64,000 nucleotides of DNA, from the IMG/VR virus record IMGVR_UViG_3300033073_001635, positions 32,001-96,000 of that record; one strand, written 5' to 3'. Below, one piece after another: positions 1-12,000 of this stretch; positions within the stretch are counted from its first letter, which is position 1, and each line of letters starts with the position of its first letter. Origin of the DNA: a virus (Duplodnaviria > Caudoviricetes). Below the pieces are notes generated by a model. The model saw only the letters and a program-made list of their open reading frames with translations, had not been told where the DNA came from and did not search any database. A program made the translations under genes and the position numbers.

Positions 1-1802
1 TTTATGTATGGCTTCTCTCCAGAAAAACCATTTTTATAAGGATACCCTTTTATTAAATACCTATGATTATAAGGGTAAAAATCTTTATCAAAATTTTTAA
101 AATTAGTGCTATTATTTAAAGCATTTTTGTTTAAATAAATAGTTTTAGATAACAAAATATTAACAGATTGATTACTTACTATCTTGTGTGTCCCTTTTGC
201 AAAATAAACTTCACCAGAAAGGTCTCTTCCATTAACATTTAATGGATGAGCACCTACATCTAAATAAATACCATCTAAATCATCTACTACAAAATTAGTA
301 ACCCATTTTGTTCCTTCTTGATACCAACCAGATTCGGAATCATTTATATCTGACATATCTCTATGTAAGATTATTGAAGACTCAACTACTTTCATGTCAT
401 TATTATTGTTTGTCGAAAAATAATAGTTAAGCAAGGCTTCATTGTCTTCTAGTTCGATACCTAAATTATTCTTTATGCTATTTAAATAGTTTACATTAGG
501 ATTCGAAACAGATTGATATTTATTTGTTATTAGATAAGGAGTGTTAGAATCATCTATCACTAATTCATGAATTATATCATTTGATTTTTCAAATTGTACA
601 TATTCCATGCCTGAGTTATCGATGTTGCAATACTTCCAATTAACATTGTCTTTTGATAAATAAAAATTTACAGAACTTTGACTTGGTATAATACAACAAG
701 TTCCATGTTTCAAAGTAGCAAATGTAAAATTGTATGGTTGATTATTTTCATCAAATATTTCATATGCTTTTGTATAAAGTATAGATTCTTCATCTACAGT
801 GTATTTTGCAGTTGTAATACCAATAAAATCAACACCAAATGCATAACCATAACTTCTATCTCGTTTGTAATCATAACCTCTTTTTGTAAATACTATTTTA
901 ATAGCACGCAATGAAGTTTGATAAATGTCAAAAAAGTTTGCTCCATTTTTTGGTTCTAAATCTGAATCATACTCTAGTTTTATAAAATTAGAATTATCTA
1001 AAGAATAATAAACATTAATATTAGTTTTCGAAGATCCACTATTCGAACGACAAACTATTTTTAATTTATCTATTTTAGTAGTATTACTACCATCTAAATT
1101 TATATGAATTGCAAAATCAACAATACTATCTTGTTTACTAGTATAAGCTACATGTTCAAAAAATGCACCATCTTCGCTCAATATATTTCTTACATTAAAT
1201 AAATCTCGTCTGTCTATTACATCGTCAGTTCTACTACTAGAAAAATAATCTATATTTACATTTTGAAAACTTGTGCTTTCTACTTCTAATAAACCTAAAG
1301 TAACTCTACCATCTTCTAAAATAGAAATACTAGATTTACTAAAATCTACATTATTATTATGATTGTCGAAGTTTTCGACAACACCATAAGTAAACGCATC
1401 ACTTTTATTACTTAATAAAAGTTCTTTATTAATTTCTAATTCTAAAAGTTTTAAATTTTTATAATGCCGATCTTGTGATATTGTTATAGTCTTAAAATAA
1501 TTTTCAACACTATTAATTAAAGCTAAATATTCATTTCTTAAAACTTCTAAATCTTTAGTTACAAAATGCAGCATATTATTAAAATTAGAAGATGATATTT
1601 CTTCATTTACATTTTGAAATCTTGAAAATTCAGAATCAAAATAAACATTTAAACCATCAACTAATAAATTCTTTTTAGTTTTGTTTCTAAAATTTAAAAT
1701 TTTTTCATTTAAATATTCTTGAGTTGGTAATCTTTTATTTTCAGATAGAAATTTTTTAATTTCATATTCTTTTGCAGTTTGGAAAAAGCTTTGATTTTTC
1801 AT
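1..1802 (-). CDS. Partial (runs off left edge) virion structural/baseplate protein, paralog of the two upstream genes
   Basis: Absent from the ORF track, consistent with no stop inside the window. ATG at 1802 directly follows the stop of the 993-aa gene. My translation begins MKNQSFFQTAKEYEIKKF and, in the stretches I translated, the frame is open, ending ...GYPYKNGFSGEKPYI at the edge. N-terminal coiled coil followed by beta-rich segments. Confidence 0.8.
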   Translation of the reverse strand, partial: MKNQSFFQTAKEYEIKKFLSENKRLPTQEYLNEKILNFRNKTKKNLLVDGLNVYFDSEFSRFQNVNEEISSSNFNNMLHFVTKDLEVLRNEYLALINSVENYFKTITISQDRHYKNLKLLELEINKELLLSNKSDAFTYGVVENFDNHNNNVDFSKSSISILEDGRVTLGLLEVESTSFQNVNIDYFSSSRTDDVIDRRDLFNVRNILSEDGAFFEHVAYTSKQDSIVDFAIHINLDGSNTTKIDKLKIVCRSNSGSSKTNINVYYSLDNSNFIKLEYDSDLEPKNGANFFDIYQTSLRAIKIVFTKRGYDYKRDRSYGYAFGVDFIGITTAKYTVDEESILYTKAYEIFDENNQPYNFTFATLKHGTCCIIPSQSSVNFYLSKDNVNWKYCNIDNSGMEYVQFEKSNDIIHELVIDDSNTPYLITNKYQSVSNPNVNYLNSIKNNLGIELEDNEALLNYYFSTNNNNDMKVVESSIILHRDMSDINDSESGWYQEGTKWVTNFVVDDLDGIYLDVGAHPLNVNGRDLSGEVYFAKGTHKIVSNQSVNILLSKTIYLNKNALNNSTNFKNFDKDFYPYNHRYLIKGYPYKNGFSGEKPYI

Positions 1803-4784
1803 TTAATTAAATCCTATATTAATAGAATATAACAAAGGACTGAAATATTCTTTAAGAGCTTCTATGTTTATACCATCTTTATTTTGATTATAAAATATTT
1901 TAACAGACTTCTCTTCGTTGTTAATCTCATCTAAATCTTGAATAACAATATTACCATTTATTTCATCATATTCCCATTTATTCAAATACTTAATTAAAGA
2001 GTACTCTGCATACAAATCACAAACTAAACCTTTGGCTTTGAATAAACTACTTAAAGGTTTATTAGTATGCAAAATGCATTTTTCATAATCAATTGAATAT
2101 TTGAAGAATTGCTGTTCAGTATTTTTTTGAGAAGAATATCTGCATGTAAAATTATTACTATGATTAGAATATATTCTTTTATCTACTAAAATCACACATA
2201 ATAGAGATTCAGGATTATAATACCCTTTACTTACTAAAGGATCTATCATTTGATTCATATTCTCTAGTGTTAGGTTTTCAGTGCGTTTTAAATTTGTAAT
2301 TAAATTACCTCTGGAATCTAAAGCATCTACATTATAAACTTGATCATCAAAAGGAATTCTAGAAATTCTAAATATAAATTTATAATAATATTCTTCAAAT
2401 AAATCATTCTCATCAAAATATTCATCATTTAGTTTTTCATTTAAATGATCTAAAGATTGAAATTCTAAGTAACCGTTTATAAATTGAACTTCTTTTGGAT
2501 TCTTTGCAAAATAAATTATATCTTCATCGGCATCATTGTAAAAGTTTTCAAATAAGTTTTCGAAAACAATACTACCTCTAATATAATTATCTTTTTGAAA
2601 TTTGCATAATCTTAAAAAACGAGAATCATAGAATTTTTCTATATCAACTTCTCTAAAAAGTTCATTTCTAGAATCGTTAAAAAATAATCCTACTGCATTT
2701 TTTTCTTTAAAATAAATTTCAAAGGCATCTTTTTGAATTTCAACTTTATCTTTATAATAATATTTGCATTTTAAAATTGAGTTCTTTAATTCTTCAGAAA
2801 AGATTTGCATAGTACCTGATTCAGCATCTAATAAGAAATCATCTCTAGTAGGTACTAATTCAAAAGTTAAACCATCTTGAGAAGTAAATAATTGAAATGT
2901 TACATCTGAAATATTAGATTTACTTAAATTATAATAACCATCTGAATCTGGTGGAAATAAATCTGTTTCCTGATTACTGTTTGAATACTGGTATATTTCA
3001 ATATTATTTTTATCATAATCAAATGAATTTTTAAATTCACAAAAGAAACCATTATTAACTTTATTTAAAATTAAATTTTTAGGTTTAATTCTAAAAGTAA
3101 ATTTTTTAAAACCTGGATCATCAGTATATTTTATGTGTATTCTTTGCTGATCTGGATAAAGATAATATTTTCCATAACTGACTTCGTTTAAATCATTTAC
3201 TCTTTCCCATAAAATATTATCGCAATAAATCAAAAGTTCAGATAATAATATTTTAAAATCTTTTAAAGAAAATTTTAAATCAAAAATTAAATCAACAATA
3301 TTACTTCCTGGTAAGATTGAACCTAATTTTAAATTTTTATTATTATTACTGGTTACATTTGCAATTTTAGTTTCTGCAACTTTTAAAGTGTCTTCTATGA
3401 ATTTATTTTGAAAATCTATATAAGCAGGACTAGAACCAGAGTTTATTCTTCTTGAAAATGAAAATATGTTAAACAAACTAATGTTTTCTTCATAATTATC
3501 AGCTGTTGAAAATCCTTCTTCATTTCTAATTAATTCAAATTCATATTTAAAATCTTTTGCATTAAAGTCCAAGAAACTCAAAATTGATTTATGTAAATTT
3601 TTTTCAAAATCAAATTGCTTATATTTACTGCCATTATCTTCGGTATATTTTAAAGTATAATTATAAAGACTCTTTGATTTAGGATATATATCAATCCAGC
3701 TTTCAACAGAATTAAAGTTTTCTACATTAGAAATAACAGTAGATTCTATAGTTCCTTTATCTACATACTTTGTTTTAAAAAAACCAATATCTTTAATAGC
3801 TATTTTATAAATCTTCAAATTGGAAACTGAAGATTTTGAATAATTTTTTTGTTCAAAAGTTATACTGATTTTAGAACATTTTACAGGTAAAAATTTAAAT
3901 ATATTTTGAGATTCAGTTGTATTTGTTTTTATTTTAAAGGATTGCTGCTTTTCGTTAAGAAGTTTTTTAATAGATGTCGATAATGGATAATCTGATAAGA
4001 ATAAAACATCTTTTATATAAAAATCAGCATTTCCAAATATTTCAAATGGTATAATTCTAATTTCATTAACAATAGATTCTTCTGATAAACTAAATATTAA
4101 ATTTAAAATTAAAGGCCCTGTTTCTGTTTTAAAATAAGAGAAACCGCTTGAAATATTTCCGTCAATCAAATTATCTAAAAGCGCATTGTTTGATGAATTC
4201 ACTTCTCCACTTAAACCATTACTAGAAGAACCAATAGCAATATCTTTTATCTTTAAAGAAGTTGCTGATATTACAGGTAATGTAGCTAATTCAGAATATG
4301 TATCTATGCTTAAAGATTGTTTATTAGTTAAATTAAAGATATTGTCTAATGTTAAAAAAGTTTCAACAAAAGTAAATCTATAGTTATTTCCACTTTGTTC
4401 AAGTGTATATAATTTCTGTTGAATTCTCTTTATTAAATTTACAATTTGTTTATGCATTAACTCTTGTTTGTTAAAATACATCAACAAAATTGAATTATTG
4501 TTTTGGTTTTCAGAATAAATCCAAGAAGAAAGTAAATTTATTTCTTCAAGCATTGCATTAGATCTAAGAAGTATAGGATTTAAAGATTCATAATTTAACA
4601 TATTCAATGACGAATATTCAGAATGAGATTCTTTTAAAGTTTTTAAATAATCATTATAAAAACTTTCAACAAAATCAAAATCACTTTTGTTTATAGGGTC
4701 TTCTACTTTTACATACTTTTTATAAAAATTAGTTAAACTCAAATTATGAGGTGAAAGCGTGTTGTTATATAATGACATATCCAT
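1803..4784 (-). CDS. Large virion structural protein (putative baseplate/fibre-associated, beta-sandwich rich)
   Basis: 993-aa ORF overlapping/abutting its neighbours; N-terminal helical segment followed by beta-rich domains; downstream of baseplate genes. Function inferred from position. Confidence 0.6.
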   Translation of the reverse strand: MDMSLYNNTLSPHNLSLTNFYKKYVKVEDPINKSDFDFVESFYNDYLKTLKESHSEYSSLNMLNYESLNPILLRSNAMLEEINLLSSWIYSENQNNNSILLMYFNKQELMHKQIVNLIKRIQQKLYTLEQSGNNYRFTFVETFLTLDNIFNLTNKQSLSIDTYSELATLPVISATSLKIKDIAIGSSSNGLSGEVNSSNNALLDNLIDGNISSGFSYFKTETGPLILNLIFSLSEESIVNEIRIIPFEIFGNADFYIKDVLFLSDYPLSTSIKKLLNEKQQSFKIKTNTTESQNIFKFLPVKCSKISITFEQKNYSKSSVSNLKIYKIAIKDIGFFKTKYVDKGTIESTVISNVENFNSVESWIDIYPKSKSLYNYTLKYTEDNGSKYKQFDFEKNLHKSILSFLDFNAKDFKYEFELIRNEEGFSTADNYEENISLFNIFSFSRRINSGSSPAYIDFQNKFIEDTLKVAETKIANVTSNNNKNLKLGSILPGSNIVDLIFDLKFSLKDFKILLSELLIYCDNILWERVNDLNEVSYGKYYLYPDQQRIHIKYTDDPGFKKFTFRIKPKNLILNKVNNGFFCEFKNSFDYDKNNIEIYQYSNSNQETDLFPPDSDGYYNLSKSNISDVTFQLFTSQDGLTFELVPTRDDFLLDAESGTMQIFSEELKNSILKCKYYYKDKVEIQKDAFEIYFKEKNAVGLFFNDSRNELFREVDIEKFYDSRFLRLCKFQKDNYIRGSIVFENLFENFYNDADEDIIYFAKNPKEVQFINGYLEFQSLDHLNEKLNDEYFDENDLFEEYYYKFIFRISRIPFDDQVYNVDALDSRGNLITNLKRTENLTLENMNQMIDPLVSKGYYNPESLLCVILVDKRIYSNHSNNFTCRYSSQKNTEQQFFKYSIDYEKCILHTNKPLSSLFKAKGLVCDLYAEYSLIKYLNKWEYDEINGNIVIQDLDEINNEEKSVKIFYNQNKDGINIEALKEYFSPLLYSINIGFN

Positions 4785-6573
4785 CGCCTTTATAAGTATT
4801 AGTTATTTGTTCTTCTATTTCTATCAAATTTTCTATGTCATCTCTAGATGATTTTTCAGTACAATGCAAAAACATTTTATCTATTACAGATGTAGAATCA
4901 TTGTTCTTGCTTATGTTTCGCATTACTAATATGGGCACTACATAACCAATATAACTTGCATTCATATTTTTAATACTAATATTATTCATTTTAAATTCTA
5001 GAATCTCATCGTAAGAAAAATAACTTTTAATTTCATACTCTATAACAAAGTTATCCGTAATTTTTATATTTGTAAGTTTTGATAACCCTATGTAAAAGTC
5101 ATTGCAATCGTATAGATCTCCATTTAAAGATCTTTCTGAATTAGATTGAAAGCTATTTAATTTAACAAAGGTGCTACTAGAGTTGTTGCTTAAATAAATC
5201 TGATTGAAAAAAGTATTTGTAATCAATGTCCCATTTTTAAATATTCTAATACTAGTTTCCTTAGGTGGAAATAACAATTTAAATTTTAAATTTATATAAT
5301 TACTTGGCAATTCTTCAGTTCCAATAATTTGATTTACAGTATTAGAAAAAGAAATCTTTTCTCTAATCAAACTTTTAATTGGAAATGGTAATTTTTTTGA
5401 AACTTTTAAATTAGAATTTGTTTCATATTTATTCCAAAGTTTTGTATCTAAATATAATTCTGTAAAAATATCTTCATCTTCGAAAAGATAACTAATCTCA
5501 GTTTTCATTGTTTGTAATTCATTAACTTTTAAGAAATCATTAGAAATAAAAATACCTTTATCTGAATACAAAGAGTATTCAAAACTAATCAAATCAATTG
5601 AAAAATCATATATACGTCCATAAATTCCATTAATAGTTTTTTCCTCTAACCATCTGTTTAATTTAAATTCTATTTTAATTTCTTTTGCTTGAATTGTTTC
5701 GAAAAATAATTCAATATTTTCATCAATTGTTTCATTATAAGTATTAACTGTACTCCATGCGTTTCCATCAAAATATTTAATACAATCTTTAGCAAGATAT
5801 ACATTTAAACTAGAAGCCAATTTTATTTTTATAGAATTGAGAAATTCTAATTTATTAAACTTAAAATGCAAAGTTAAAACAGCATATTCTATATTTTTAA
5901 AACGATTGTAATCATCTTTTGTATTAACATGTATTAAATATCTAAAAGGTTCTCCAACAAATAATAAATTTTCTAAATTAGATTTAATTAAAACGTTTCC
6001 AAAAGTTGAACTAGACTTGTCAATTTCTAAATCTTTTACCAAAATTGAATAAGTAGCAGTTTTGTTTAAATTTAATGTTTGATTTCCAGAATCTAATAAT
6101 TCATAAATTTTAAGTTTAGTATTGTTTTTAGGATCAATTAATTTTAAAGGATTTGCTGAATCACTAAAATCGTTGATAACTAAAGTTTTGCTAGCTAAAT
6201 TTAATCTTTTACTTTTGGTTTGCAAAAGTACTTTATTTAAAAAGTAAATATCTTTGCTTATTTTTGAATCTTGAGACATTACTAAATTAACAAAACGACT
6301 TATTTCAGATTGAATTTGAATTTTTAAAAAATTATGAAAATTAATTGCAGCTTGAAACATCAATAGAGAAAAATTCATTTTTTCTATATTAAAATTTGAA
6401 TTGTTACCAAATAAAGAGAAATAGATATTGTCTTTGTCTGGAGTGAAAGTTCTATACACAGAAATAACTTTGTTAGAAATTACATCATTTGAATGTGTTT
6501 TTAATCTTTGAGCATACTCTACTAATGATTCTTGCCAAATAATTGATTTTGAAATATTTAATCTAGTTATCAT
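4765..6573 (-). CDS. Virion structural protein, paralog of 1803..4784
   Basis: 602-aa ORF; shares the I.I.F...Y.F.I..I.F...Y.DKG...S pattern with the 993-aa protein. Confidence 0.6.
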   Translation of the reverse strand: MITRLNISKSIIWQESLVEYAQRLKTHSNDVISNKVISVYRTFTPDKDNIYFSLFGNNSNFNIEKMNFSLLMFQAAINFHNFLKIQIQSEISRFVNLVMSQDSKISKDIYFLNKVLLQTKSKRLNLASKTLVINDFSDSANPLKLIDPKNNTKLKIYELLDSGNQTLNLNKTATYSILVKDLEIDKSSSTFGNVLIKSNLENLLFVGEPFRYLIHVNTKDDYNRFKNIEYAVLTLHFKFNKLEFLNSIKIKLASSLNVYLAKDCIKYFDGNAWSTVNTYNETIDENIELFFETIQAKEIKIEFKLNRWLEEKTINGIYGRIYDFSIDLISFEYSLYSDKGIFISNDFLKVNELQTMKTEISYLFEDEDIFTELYLDTKLWNKYETNSNLKVSKKLPFPIKSLIREKISFSNTVNQIIGTEELPSNYINLKFKLLFPPKETSIRIFKNGTLITNTFFNQIYLSNNSSSTFVKLNSFQSNSERSLNGDLYDCNDFYIGLSKLTNIKITDNFVIEYEIKSYFSYDEILEFKMNNISIKNMNASYIGYVVPILVMRNISKNNDSTSVIDKMFLHCTEKSSRDDIENLIEIEEQITNTYKGDGYVII

Positions 6574-6995
6574 TTTGCTTCTAATCCAATATAAAGAAAT
6601 TCTGCTGAATCAAATGCGTTTTTATTAAATAATAATTTTATATTAAAAAACCCAGAAACATTAATTTCTGGTGCTAATATAATTTTATTAAATTCATTTG
6701 AGCCAACATTTTTTTTAAACATAATTGGAAGATCTTCACCTATCTTTAACTCTAAACATTCTGATAATAAAATTTCATCTAACATGGATGTTGGAGTTTT
6801 ATTACTAAAAGAAAGTATATCTCCATCTAAAGAACTTGGAGTTATATAAACTCCAGGATTTACAATTAATTGATTTGATTCATTTTGAATTCTTAATTCA
6901 ATAAATAAAAGGTTTGCATTTTCAGCATCTTCAGAAAATACCATTGAACTTCTATTTAAAGCATTTCCATTTTTATCTTTTATTACAAGCATCAT
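6570..6995 (-). CDS. Hypothetical structural protein
   Basis: 141-aa ORF with ATGA start/stop overlaps on both sides. Confidence 0.6.
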   Translation of the reverse strand: MMLVIKDKNGNALNRSSMVFSEDAENANLLFIELRIQNESNQLIVNPGVYITPSSLDGDILSFSNKTPTSMLDEILLSECLELKIGEDLPIMFKKNVGSNEFNKIILAPEINVSGFFNIKLLFNKNAFDSAEFLYIGLEAK

Positions 6996-9019
6996 TTACC
7001 TACTACTATTCTATTTGAATCTAATTCGTCATTAATAGCTACAGTATATTCTTCTCTAATTTTATTTGCAATGTTTAAGTTTGTAAATAAAACTCTGTCA
7101 TTTACAGGCCTTTGAATTTGATTGATTTCTTCAACTATTTGAAATTGCCCTAAATTGTTCCATTTTTTCAATTTATAAATGCCAGGTCCTTCCCAAGTAC
7201 AAGAAATAGAATGATTAGGAGAATTATAATTTACAAAAATTTCTGGTTTTAAATAATCTGGTATCAAAACAAAATCTCTATAAAGTTCAATATTGTTTTG
7301 AATGTTTCTTTTTAAAGTTTCTAAAGTATAATCTCCACCATATTCTTTTAATAATCTAAATGGGTATTTTATAATATCAACATTATATTTTTGTAAAACT
7401 TGACCATTAGAGCCGTAACCTAAATACGATTGTAAAATATTGTAATTTCTTTGAAAAGCTGAATCTAATTCAGAGTCATTCATGTAATCATATTTTCTTA
7501 AATCAAAATTAAAAATTTGATCTTTTGTTATTTTATTATTTAATGAAACTTCAGCTAAAATTAAATAATCATTTTTAAATTGTAAATAAAAATTATCTTT
7601 AAAATAAACAGGTTCTAATTTGTAAGATATTTCAGGGCAATCAGTACCTACAATTCTGTAATCTGAATCAAGCTTTAAATGATAAAGAGCTTTAAGATTA
7701 TTAAATTGAGACATATCATATATTAAATTATTTCTAGATTTTAAAAAAAATAGATAACTGTACTCTAATACTTCTGAATTATTCACAGGATTGAAATCAA
7801 TAGTATTGTATGTGTAATCTTTGAGTTCTGAATAATAATCTATTTTATAAATATGCAATGTATTCAAAGTAAAATCTGTATAAATATATCCAGACCTTTC
7901 ATCACAAGAAAAAACCCTGTCTTTAATCCAAGTACTATCTAGATTTGAATTTGTTGTATATTTATTTAAAAGACTTCCATCTTGATTATATTCATATAAA
8001 TTAAAATGTAATTCATTTTCCTGATTGAATTTTATATTATTCAAAACGCCTAATATATTTTGATTAAGAAAATAGGTATCTTTATCAAGATAATAAGTGA
8101 TTCCAAATTCAGGATTGAATGCTTGTTTATAATACTCTGGTAACATGTAAAATTTATCAGTAAACATTTCTGTATTTGTTAATCTAACAAACCAAGGTGA
8201 ATTGCTTTTCATTCCTACAGGATTTAAAATTCTAAAAGTAGAAGCTTCATAAGGTTTAATCCAAAAACCAGTATTATTATATATATCTGAATCATTACAT
8301 AAAATTTCTAAATTTGACAATTCCCAAAGAACTTCATATTTAAAATTTAATTGCGCAGAATTCTTTTCTTTTTTAAAACGAATCAAATTCTTTTTTACAT
8401 TTCCGTAATTATCTACACTATCTAAATCAATATCTTCATAAGAAAGTTCTTTTATTATTGGTTCTGGATTTAAAATTTCATTATAAGAAAGATTGTCTTC
8501 TGTAACATATGTGACAAAAAAAACTTTGTAAAAATTATTTATCAAATCAAATGTATTCTGATAATTAGTATAAATTTGCCCTGTGATTTCATCAAATAAA
8601 TATCCAGATTCTACAATTCTATCGGAAGTGTTAGTGATAGAATGTATTGTACAGTTTATTATCTTTTTATTATTTTTAATTTTGTGTTTAAAAAATATAG
8701 GTGCTCCGTTTTTGGAAACATTAGTTATCAATATATCCTTGTAAGGTATTTCGAAAGACCTTGAATCTACAAAAAATGTATAATCTGAATTATCTATAAT
8801 CCTTCTATTATTCAGATTTGAAGATTCCCAGCTTCTATCTACTATTTTTAAATTTTTAGATGTTAGAACTTCTGGAAATTCAACATATTCTAAAGCAACA
8901 GATCTATTATCTAATGTATCTGATAGAATTATTGAATCAGAGTGATTGTTAACTATGCATTTTAAACTTAAAATTTTTTCAATTTCAATTCTGTCTATTG
9001 GAATAATAAGATTAATCAT
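6992..9019 (-). CDS. Putative baseplate/virion structural protein
   Basis: 675-aa ORF tightly coupled in the operon; no recognisable catalytic motif. Confidence 0.55.
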   Translation of the reverse strand: MINLIIPIDRIEIEKILSLKCIVNNHSDSIILSDTLDNRSVALEYVEFPEVLTSKNLKIVDRSWESSNLNNRRIIDNSDYTFFVDSRSFEIPYKDILITNVSKNGAPIFFKHKIKNNKKIINCTIHSITNTSDRIVESGYLFDEITGQIYTNYQNTFDLINNFYKVFFVTYVTEDNLSYNEILNPEPIIKELSYEDIDLDSVDNYGNVKKNLIRFKKEKNSAQLNFKYEVLWELSNLEILCNDSDIYNNTGFWIKPYEASTFRILNPVGMKSNSPWFVRLTNTEMFTDKFYMLPEYYKQAFNPEFGITYYLDKDTYFLNQNILGVLNNIKFNQENELHFNLYEYNQDGSLLNKYTTNSNLDSTWIKDRVFSCDERSGYIYTDFTLNTLHIYKIDYYSELKDYTYNTIDFNPVNNSEVLEYSYLFFLKSRNNLIYDMSQFNNLKALYHLKLDSDYRIVGTDCPEISYKLEPVYFKDNFYLQFKNDYLILAEVSLNNKITKDQIFNFDLRKYDYMNDSELDSAFQRNYNILQSYLGYGSNGQVLQKYNVDIIKYPFRLLKEYGGDYTLETLKRNIQNNIELYRDFVLIPDYLKPEIFVNYNSPNHSISCTWEGPGIYKLKKWNNLGQFQIVEEINQIQRPVNDRVLFTNLNIANKIREEYTVAINDELDSNRIVVGK

Positions 9020-9021
9020 TC

Positions 9022-12000
9022 TTATACGCCTTCTCTAGTAGAACCACTTAGTAATGTAAAGTCATTTAAAGTATTGGTTTTTATAGAATACATATTTCCA
9101 ATTGATCTGTCATGTGTTTTTGGTAATGCAGATTCTCCACTCACAGGATTATAAAAATTTACAATTTCTTTAGCAGCTAAATAGTTAATTTCAATATTAT
9201 AGAAGGCTTGAATTGGTCCCATATTGCGACGTATATCATCATAATAAAATGAATTCGCAAGCTTTCTATGTTTTACTAAATTTATAAAAACAGAATTCTT
9301 TTTAATTCTTTCTTGATATCCATCTACTGTTTTTAAAGTTGTAAAATGAAAATTATTAGTGCTGTTAACAAAATCAATTTGAATTTGAGTAAAGAATGAC
9401 CTTGGATAAAATGCCAGATTATCTACATCTCCTAAATCAAGATTAGTCACATTTGGCAAATCATTTAAACGATTTTCGTCATTCCAGTAAAATGAATTAA
9501 AGTGCTCTTTAATTTCAGAATTTAAATCATTTGTTGAATAAAATCTAAGCAAATACAACCAGTAGTCATCAAAGTATATATGATAACCTAAGGTATTGGA
9601 AATAGCTCTCATGTATTGAGGCACACTTGTAAAAACACCTTGTGTTAGACAATAATAGTCAGGTTGGATTTCTGCATTTATATCATTATTGTAAGGAATT
9701 TCTGATACAAAATCAGAAAAGAAAAAATTAACTTGTTTTTTCTTTTGAATACTTCTGTCTGATGATTTGTCACTAACGAGTTTTATAGCTAGTCTTCTTT
9801 TCAAACCCCAAGTAGAATTGTTATTATCATTTTCTTCATCATATGCACTATCAAAAACAGGTTCGTAACTAGTTGCTCCATTGGCTTCTGGATTTCGACT
9901 TTGTAAGAAATTAACAAAACCCTTACCAAAAACAATTATATTATTATCTTCTGTAAATGTGTGTTCTTCATATTTATTGAAGAAGTCTACTATGTTTGCA
10001 AATCTTTCTTCGTTAGTATCTGGTTTTGCAGATACATAAATACTACCATACTTAATTAAATCATCTTCTTGAGGCTGATATTTATCGTGTGTAATTAAAT
10101 CTTTTAAATGAGATTGTTTAGCTTTGTAAAACTTACACACTCTTTTTATAGATCTTTCAAAAGTAATTTCTCCATCTAATTCTTGTTGTAATTGTAAATT
10201 AGAAAAACCATCTATCATATCAACAACAATACCTTGATCTACTAAAACTGCATTAGCGTTATTGATTGCTTCATTTTCAGAGTTGAAAATAGAATCAAAG
10301 TCTAAAGAGAAATCATTATTAGAATCTTTTAACCAATATTTTCTCCATATCATTTTTGTTAAAATTCTTACTTTATCATAACAAAGATCTTGTCTATTTT
10401 GCATTGTCTGTTCAGTTGTATAAGAATCGGAATTTTCTAAAAATTTATGCATAGTAGTTCTATAATATAATAAATTTCTACCAGCATTACCTTCTTCATC
10501 ATATAAAGAATGTAAATAAAAATGTCTAAAGATATACTCTAAAGAAGTTGGATAAGGATTATCCTTGTACCATCTTAAAAATTTGTATTCAACAGATGTC
10601 TGATCAATCCAATCAAACTTATTATATCTTCCTAAACGATTAGAATCCCAGAATAGTAGAGCGCCTATTTCAGAAATACCAGTTGTAGATTTGATATTAA
10701 TTATATCATGATCTACACCATTTGAGTCTACGTATTGCTTATAACAATTTTGAAAATAATTTAAATTATTAGCTAAACAATTATCTCTAACGTAATCATA
10801 TGTTTTATTAAAGATTTGACGTTGATGAATTCCAACTTGAAAAGCTTCTTTATTTTGCTCAATATTTGGATTTGTAGAAGAGAAAAAAGATGCATCTTGC
10901 GCAAGATATTTGTATCTAAAATTTCCTAAAGCCCAATTATTATTACCAGTTTCATAATCAGGATTATCTTCAACTAGATGCTGAACAAAATAAACAAAAC
11001 GACCTTCTTTAGTTACATTAGTATTATCTGCTTTTGTAATTGATAGATCTTCAACAAAACGATTAGAATTATTTGAATTTAGAGTAGTTGATGCATGACC
11101 AATAGAAAAAGAAGAATCTAAAGAATTTTTAAATACAGAACGGCTATCTGTGATTTCTTCAGAATTATAATTTTCTATCTTGAATTCTTTAGATTGTACA
11201 GAAACAGAGCCTCCAAGATTAGATTGTATTTTTATTTCTTTTAAAGAGCCATTAAGATAAATGCCTTGAGAGTTTTCGTCATTTATATCTAAAGGTTTGT
11301 TAACAATATGGATTGTAGAATTATCTGTATTGGTTAACTTTATATAATTATTATTAGTTTCAACAGTTGTTTGTTCTGGTGAATGAATTACTGATTCGGT
11401 TTCTATCTGATCAATAAAAGAAGTGTCACGTAAATAATTGCTTGAAATAAAAATACTACCAAAACTATGAGTTGCAGAAGCAGAAACATCAATATACTTT
11501 ATATAAAATAAATTTCGATTTTTACTTGCTAAACGAGTTTGATCATTACTTATTAATCTAATTCCATTAGAATTTTCAGAGCCGCTAACTATTTGTAAAT
11601 TTGAATAAATATGAGCAATCCAACTAGAGATATTTGTATTTCCAACTATAGGTAACAAATTAGTAGTATCTAAATCTGCTTTTCCAAAAATAAGTTTATA
11701 ACTAGATCCAAGAACAGTAGAATTAGCAATAAGCAAATCTCCTAAAAGTTTATTGTCTTGATTCTGAACGTCTGATTGATATCTATATCCATCTCTATGT
11801 AAATATTTAGAAATTATATTATCTTTGTTTTCAGAAACATAATATTTATTAAATTCAGATTGATATTTATAAAAACCATATAATGAATTTGCATCAATTG
11901 CACGTTCTCCATAGCTAGCATTATGATCGTGTTCTATAAATTTAATTTGCAAATCATTTAAAGAAGTAGTGATATCGTTACCTACTACACAAACAAACAT

